Source of the DNA: Alphaproteobacteria bacterium
GTDB lineage: Bacteria > Pseudomonadota > Alphaproteobacteria > GCA-2731375
Direction of reading: 5' to 3'
NCBI GenBank assembly: GCA_965225945.1
Contig: CBDDBZ010000032.1
Location: forward strand, 32,001 to 96,000
DNA: 64,000 nucleotides
Below the pieces are notes generated by a model. That model worked only from the letters and a program-made list of their open reading frames with translations. It was not told the DNA's origin and made no database searches. The position numbers and the translations under genes were made by a program. Below, piece after piece: positions 58,989-64,000 of this stretch. Position 1 is the stretch's first letter. Every line of letters begins with the position of its first letter.

Positions 58989-61318
58989 GCTTCCGCCTCC
59001 GCTTGGGCGATCGCCTCGAAGACGCGGCGCGGCGTCATCGGCGTCTCCAGGACTTCCGCGCCGAATTTGCGAAGCGCGTCGTTGATCGCGTTGGCGATCG
59101 CCGCCGGCGGCCCGATCGCGCCGCCCTCGCCGACGCCCTTGATGCCGAAGGCGGTGAAGGGCGAAGGGGTTTCCATATGCTCGATGCGGAAGGCCGGTAT
59201 CTCGGTCGCGCCCGGTATCAGATAGTCGGCGAACGTGGAGGCCAGCGGCTGGCCCTGGGCATCGAAGGGCACCTCCTCCCAGAGCGCGGTGCCGATCCCC
59301 TGGGCGGCGCCACCGATGATCTGGCCATCGACGATCATCGGGTTGACCTTGGTGCCGCAATCCTCGGCGATCACATAGTCGAGGATCCTAACGTCGCCGA
59401 TCTCCGGGTCGAGCGAGACCACGACGGCATGGGTCCCGTAGCTGAAGGCGCCGTGATCGTAGGTCGTCTTGAAGGTGCCCAGTGTCTCCAGCCCCTTCGC
59501 CACCACTTCCTCCGGCAGTTGGTCGGGCCGGGCGTAGACCGCGCCTGCGACCTCGGCGAAGCGGGCCTCGCCCCCCGGCCCCTTGGCGACGCCGTCGGTG
59601 ACCGCCACATCTTCGGGCGCGCATTGCAGCAGATGCGCGCCGACCTCGGCGATCCGTTCCGCCAGCAGCTCGCAGGCCCGGGCGATCGCGCCGCCGGCCA
59701 TCACCATGGAGCGCGAAGCGTAGGTGCCGGTGGAGAAGGGCGTTCGGCCGGTATCGCCGTGCACGACCTGGACCAGGTCGGTGTCTATCCCCAGGACCTC
59801 GGAGGCGACTTGCGCCATCGTGGTTTCCATCCCCTGGCCGTGGCTCTGCACGCCGATCTCAAGCTCGAGCGAACCATCCGGAGCGAGGCGCGCGCGGGCC
59901 TGCTCGTAGCCCGGCAGCACCTCGATGCCGGCACCGGCGAAGACCTTGGTGCCGTGCGCCGTCTGCTCGGTGTAGGTGGCGATGCCGAGGCCGATCAGCC
60001 GGCCGTCGGGCTCGCCGGCCGCCTGGCGTCGCCTGACCGCGTCGAGGTCGATTGCCGAGACGGCGCGGCGCAGGCATTCGGGATAGTCGCCGCTGTCGAA
60101 CAGCTTGCCCACGACGTTGGTGTAGGGCATGGCGTCGGCCGGCGGCAGGCTCGCCTGGCGGATCTCGTGCGGCTCACGCCCGATTTCGCGGGCCAGCGCG
60201 TCGATCACCAGCTCGAGGGCGAAACAGATACCGGTCCTGGAGACGCCGCGATAGGGCTGCAGCGGCGGCTTGTTGGTGGCGATGGTCCGGGTCCGGCAGC
60301 GATAGGCCTCCAGCGCATAGGGGCCGGGAAAGCTGGCGCCGGCCTGCGCCGCCTCGAAACCGCCGTGGAAGGGCCAGATCGAATAGGCCCCCGCGTCGAC
60401 GTCGATGCTCACGTCGAGGCCGAGCAAACGGCCATCCTCGGCGGCATAGAGCTTGACCTCGTAGGCGTGCTCCCGGCAGTTGGCGGCCGCCGTCAGATGC
60501 TCGCGTCGGTCCTCGGTCCAGCGCACCGGATGGTCGAGCTTGGTGGCGAGCCAGGCGATTGCCACCTCCTCCGGCTGCAGCGCGGCCTTGAAGCCGAAGC
60601 CGCCGCCGACGTCGGGCGCGACGACGCGAATGCGCCCCTCCGACCAGCCGAGCGTGAGCGCCAGGCCCTTGCGCACGATGTGCGGCGTCTGGGTCGAGGT
60701 TTGCACCACGAGCTGGTCGCGCACGGGGTCGATATAGGCGAGGACCCCCTTCCCCTCCAGCGGCACCATGCAGTGGCGGTTGAGGCGGATCCGCCGCTCG
60801 ATGACGTGCGCGGCGCTGGCGGCAATGGCTGCCGTATCGCCGTCGATGCGAGTCTCGATCATGATGTTGTCGCCCCACTCGTCGTGGACCAGGGCTGCGT
60901 CGGCGGCCACGGCGGCGGCCATGTCGACGACCGCCGGCAATTCCTCCAGATCCAGCACCACGTCTTGCGCCAAATCCTCCGCCTCGGCGCGGCTGTCGCC
61001 GAGACACATCGCTACCACCTGGCCGACGAAGCGGGTCTTGCCGCTGGCGAGGCTGGGATAGTCGCAGGGCTTGAAGCCGGGAAGCCAGGATTCCGCCCGC
61101 ATCGGCTTGGCATCGGTCATCCGGGCGGCGGTGACGACCTCGTCCCCGCGCCCCGCCGGCACGCCGATATCGCGGATCCGTGCGTGCGCCAGGGGGCTGC
61201 GGACGAAGGCGACCTCGCGCAGTCCGACCATCTTGATGTCGCCGACGAAGCGGCCGCGCCCGGCCAGATGGCGGGCATCCTCCTTGCGCATTCGACTGTG
61301 TCCGATACCGGCGCGCAT
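58985..61318 (-). CDS. xanthine-dehydrogenase-family molybdopterin large subunit (not canonical CODH)
   Basis: VGGGFG.K, HGQG, GTYASRS, GQI.GG..QG and KGVGEG; active-site loop PYRGVSR. Confidence 0.9.
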   Translation of the reverse strand: MRAGIGHSRMRKEDARHLAGRGRFVGDIKMVGLREVAFVRSPLAHARIRDIGVPAGRGDEVVTAARMTDAKPMRAESWLPGFKPCDYPSLASGKTRFVGQVVAMCLGDSRAEAEDLAQDVVLDLEELPAVVDMAAAVAADAALVHDEWGDNIMIETRIDGDTAAIAASAAHVIERRIRLNRHCMVPLEGKGVLAYIDPVRDQLVVQTSTQTPHIVRKGLALTLGWSEGRIRVVAPDVGGGFGFKAALQPEEVAIAWLATKLDHPVRWTEDRREHLTAAANCREHAYEVKLYAAEDGRLLGLDVSIDVDAGAYSIWPFHGGFEAAQAGASFPGPYALEAYRCRTRTIATNKPPLQPYRGVSRTGICFALELVIDALAREIGREPHEIRQASLPPADAMPYTNVVGKLFDSGDYPECLRRAVSAIDLDAVRRRQAAGEPDGRLIGLGIATYTEQTAHGTKVFAGAGIEVLPGYEQARARLAPDGSLELEIGVQSHGQGMETTMAQVASEVLGIDTDLVQVVHGDTGRTPFSTGTYASRSMVMAGGAIARACELLAERIAEVGAHLLQCAPEDVAVTDGVAKGPGGEARFAEVAGAVYARPDQLPEEVVAKGLETLGTFKTTYDHGAFSYGTHAVVVSLDPEIGDVRILDYVIAEDCGTKVNPMIVDGQIIGGAAQGIGTALWEEVPFDAQGQPLASTFADYLIPGATEIPAFRIEHMETPSPFTAFGIKGVGEGGAIGPPAAIANAINDALRKFGAEVLETPMTPRRVFEAIAQAEAEA

Positions 61319-61466
61319 GCTGCCTCCCTCGATTTAACTGTCCTCGCGCCGCCGCCGCGCCAGGTATGTAAGGGGTCCCCTTCGACCCGTTCCACTTCGC
61401 CGAGTTGCGCTATAATAGGCGAGGACGGGGTCGACGAAAGATCCGAGGAGGAAACGGGCGAAAAAG

Positions 61467-61871
61467 ATGCGATTGAGCGAGGCACAAGTGAACGACTATC
61501 GCCGCGACGGCTTCTTGCGCCTCCCGGGTCTGTTCTCGGAAACGGAGGTGGCGGTACTGCGCGGAGAGGTCGCGCGGGTCGCCGACATCCGCTCGGGCGA
61601 GATCCAGCGGGAGGCCGACGACGGCCCGCCCAAGGCCATCTTTCACATGCACGCGCACCGTAGCCGCACCGGCTCGGCGGCGATGGGTGCGTCGGCCCAC
61701 AATCTCTCGGCCGAGAACCGCTGGCAGGCCTACTTCTGCTACAACACCTGCGCCAACCGGGCCCGAGAGGTCGACGCACCCAGGCCCGAGTGGATAAGGG
61801 GCACCGACTTCACGCCGCTGGAGACGATCGACGATACCGCGCTCCTCGCCGACGACGACCGGGCGGCCTGA
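61467..61871 (+). pseudogene. PhyH/EctD-like dioxygenase with in-frame internal deletion
   Basis: N-terminus LSEAQV..YRRDGFL.LP.LFS..EV and C-terminus SAHNLS..RW....YN..N...RPEW retained; central HxD core absent; 134 aa. Confidence 0.65.
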
Positions 61872-61980
61872 GAGTTGGACCGATAAGTCCCCGCGGGCGA
61901 GGGCCGGTGATGGCGCCGAAAGCCGGGGATGGCGAGACGGGCTTGCGAAGCCGCGCTCCTGCTCTTTATAAGGTCGGCGA

Positions 61981-62016
61981 CGCGATGGGGGGACCGCCCC
62001 GGCTCCCCCCATCGCG
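61981..62016. other. GC-rich hairpin just upstream of the tRNA
   Basis: cgcgatgggggga ... tccccccatcgcg, 13-bp stem. Confidence 0.6.
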
Positions 62017-62025
62017 GCCCCTAGC

Positions 62026-62115
62026 GGAGGGGTGCCGGAGTGGTCGAACGGGGCGGTCTCGAAAACCGTTGTACACGTGAGTGTACCGTGGGTTCGAATC
62101 CCACCCCCTCCGCCA
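62026..62115 (+). tRNA. tRNA-Ser (anticodon CGA)
   Basis: GGAGGGG/CCCCTCC acceptor stem, gcggt-CT-CGA-AA-accgt anticodon arm, long variable arm, GGTTCGAATCC and encoded GCCA end. Confidence 0.96.
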
Positions 62116-62255
62116 AACATATGTCCCGCATATTCCCGGGAATGCTCTACAACGGGCTTTATAGAAGGGTTATTTGTTCTCAAGCGTATTGCACGGTTGC
62201 GCGCGGTGGCGTAAATTCCCGCTTGGAGTGATGGGCAATTTGATGGTTAAGGGCC

Positions 62256-63452
62256 ATGACGGCACTCACGGCGGCAAAGGTAAAGGCACTCACCAGACCG
62301 GGCATGCACCATGACGGCAGGGGCCTGTATCTAAGAGTCGCGCCAGGCGGCTCGAAAGGCTGGATGCTTCGGGCAACGATTGACGGGCGCCGTCGCGACA
62401 TGGGGCTAGGCGGCTATCGGACCGTTTCGCTGGCCAGGGCGAGGCAGCTTGCCGACGGGCACCGGCTCGCGGTCGCGGAAGGGCGCGATCCGCTGGCCGA
62501 GAAGCGGCGGGAGAAGATGCCCACCTTCCGCGAAGCAGCCGAGACGGTCCATGCGGCGAACCTGCCCCGCTGGCGCAATGGCAAGCACACCGACCAATGG
62601 ATCAACACTCTGCGGACCTACGCCTTTCCGGTCATCGGCAACCTGCGTCTGGACCGGATCACGCGCCGCGACGTGCTGGCGGTACTCACGCCGATATGGA
62701 CCACCAAGCCGGAGACCGCTCGGCGCGTCCGGCAGCGTATCCGCACCGTGCTCAAGTGGGCCATGGCGCATGAGTTTGTCGAGCACAACGCGGCAGGCGA
62801 AGGTATCGACGGCGCGTTGCCGGCAATGCGCCGGTTCAAGGCGCACCATCGCGCCCTGCCCTATGCCGAGATACCGGCCGCGCTCGAAACTATAGACGCC
62901 TCGACCGCCGGCATGGCCGCGAAGCTCTGCCTGCGCTTCCTGATCCTGACTGCCGCCCGCTCGGGCGAGGCGCGCGGCGCAACATGGTCCGAGATGGACC
63001 TCGACAACCGCCTCTGGACCATCCCGGGCGAGCGGATGAAAGGCGGTGCGGAACACCGCGTCCCGTTGTCCGACGCGGCCCTGGCCGTGCTACATGAAGC
63101 CCTGCCATTGGGCGACGATAGCGGGCTGGTCTTCCCGTCGCCTCGTAAGCGCGGCTCCCCGCTCTCCGACATGGCGTTGACAGAATGCTTGCGCAGGGTC
63201 GGGCTCGCCGACCGGGCGACAACGCACGGCTTCCGGTCTACCTTCCGAGACTGGGCAGCCGAGAGCACCAACGCGCCCCATGCCGTCATGGAGCGGGCCT
63301 TGGCGCATACGGTCGCGGATGCGGTCGAGGCGGCATACGCGCGCTCCGACCTGCTAGAGCGGCGCCGGGCGCTGATGGCCGAATGGGGCCACTTTGTGAC
63401 CGGGAACGCCGGCGCGAAGGTCATTTCCTTACGAGGCCGCTATGGCCAGTAG
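62256..63452 (+). CDS. P4-like tyrosine integrase
   Basis: arm-binding DGRGLYLRV...MGLG.Y..VSLA.AR; catalytic TAARSGE, MK, HGFR, LAH and AAY. Confidence 0.95.
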   Translation: MTALTAAKVKALTRPGMHHDGRGLYLRVAPGGSKGWMLRATIDGRRRDMGLGGYRTVSLARARQLADGHRLAVAEGRDPLAEKRREKMPTFREAAETVHAANLPRWRNGKHTDQWINTLRTYAFPVIGNLRLDRITRRDVLAVLTPIWTTKPETARRVRQRIRTVLKWAMAHEFVEHNAAGEGIDGALPAMRRFKAHHRALPYAEIPAALETIDASTAGMAAKLCLRFLILTAARSGEARGATWSEMDLDNRLWTIPGERMKGGAEHRVPLSDAALAVLHEALPLGDDSGLVFPSPRKRGSPLSDMALTECLRRVGLADRATTHGFRSTFRDWAAESTNAPHAVMERALAHTVADAVEAAYARSDLLERRRALMAEWGHFVTGNAGAKVISLRGRYGQ

Positions 63453-63843
63453 GGACCCATACGCGAAAGGGCATAGCGCCGCCTTCAGGGTGAATGACAG
63501 GGTTGACAAGCGGCTGTCGATACCGCTCACCCCTGAATATGTGCGCGAGATAACAGATGACCGCCATTGCGAGGCTGCCCTACTCGATAGGGCCGAACGC
63601 ATGACGAAGCGGGGGAAAATGCTCCCGGACTGGCTGATTCAAGAGATAATCAAAATGGCACGAATGGGCCGCGCCCCGCGAGACGTACGGCACGAGCGGA
63701 CGCGGATTTGGGCCCGTGCGGTGGGCACTCTCAAGAGCCGTTTCGGTTTGACCGAGAACACCGCAATCAACCTGGTCGCACGCGACGGCGCCATAGAGAC
63801 GAGCTATGAGGCCGTGAAGAGGGCTATGCAACGGCTAAAGTAA
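63442..63843 (+). CDS. hypothetical protein
   Basis: 133-aa ORF overlapping the integrase stop, in the usual int-alpA intervening slot. Confidence 0.55.
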   Translation: MASRDPYAKGHSAAFRVNDRVDKRLSIPLTPEYVREITDDRHCEAALLDRAERMTKRGKMLPDWLIQEIIKMARMGRAPRDVRHERTRIWARAVGTLKSRFGLTENTAINLVARDGAIETSYEAVKRAMQRLK

Positions 63844-63945
63844 AGCCTAGGAAATGAATTTGGGGACATTTTGTACCCCGGTGTTCCTATAAGCACATGC
63901 AACCAAGTGTCACCTTGCGGGAACAACAACCGCAAGGAGGACGCC

Positions 63946-64000
63946 ATTAGCGACCGCGACCGACTGCTCACGCGCGCTGAAGTGGAAAGCCGCGTCGGGC
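63946..64000 (+). CDS. AlpA-family excisionase/regulator, partial, ATT start
   Basis: AAGGAGG-N5-ATT then SDRDRLLTRAEVESRVG, an AlpA-type N-terminus. Confidence 0.6.
   Translation, partial: MSDRDRLLTRAEVESRVG

Larger units (their letters stand above)
62116..64000 (+). mobile_element. left part of a tRNA-Ser-integrated genomic island or phage satellite
   Basis: tRNA - integrase - hypothetical - AlpA order; lower GC; other att site not in the window. Confidence 0.8.

Noticed and set aside
58985-61318. Aerobic CO dehydrogenase coxL
   Set aside because: Lacks the AYxCSFR motif; gene order is not coxMSL.

Overview
High-GC alphaproteobacterial chromosome segment. A Rhodospirillales-like, probably marine origin is inferred from gene content such as the M23/bactofilin pair, alpha-type LexA box and DddP-like gene. 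The core backbone carries bcp, M23 peptidase-bactofilin, parE, cysK-alaX-sseA, a GAF-GAF-PAS adenylate cyclase, cysE-iscR-iscS-fdx, xth, a DddP-like M24 protein, frc plus a TPP enzyme, a beta-alanine/ureidopropionate module, typA and a molybdenum hydroxylase operon. Two insertion-sequence hot spots interrupt it (about 24.8-35.5 kb and 42.6-47.7 kb), and a P4-type integrative element begins at tRNA-Ser(CGA) at the right edge. The strongest unexplained structure is a non-autonomous IS1595-derived cassette of about 755 bp (three full copies plus a partial end). It has 43-bp perfect terminal inverted repeats, 8-bp target duplications and one helical-repeat passenger gene, and each terminal repeat contains a near-consensus NrdR-box-like palindrome. 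One copy abuts an autonomous IS1595 across an 8-bp spacer. Other notable items are a 272-bp nested-hairpin element, an IS3-like element with a 14-bp direct repeat, a frame-compensated repeat expansion in iscR and a Bcp lacking its peroxidatic Cys. All calls are by eye from sequence and motif recall; no database searches were run.
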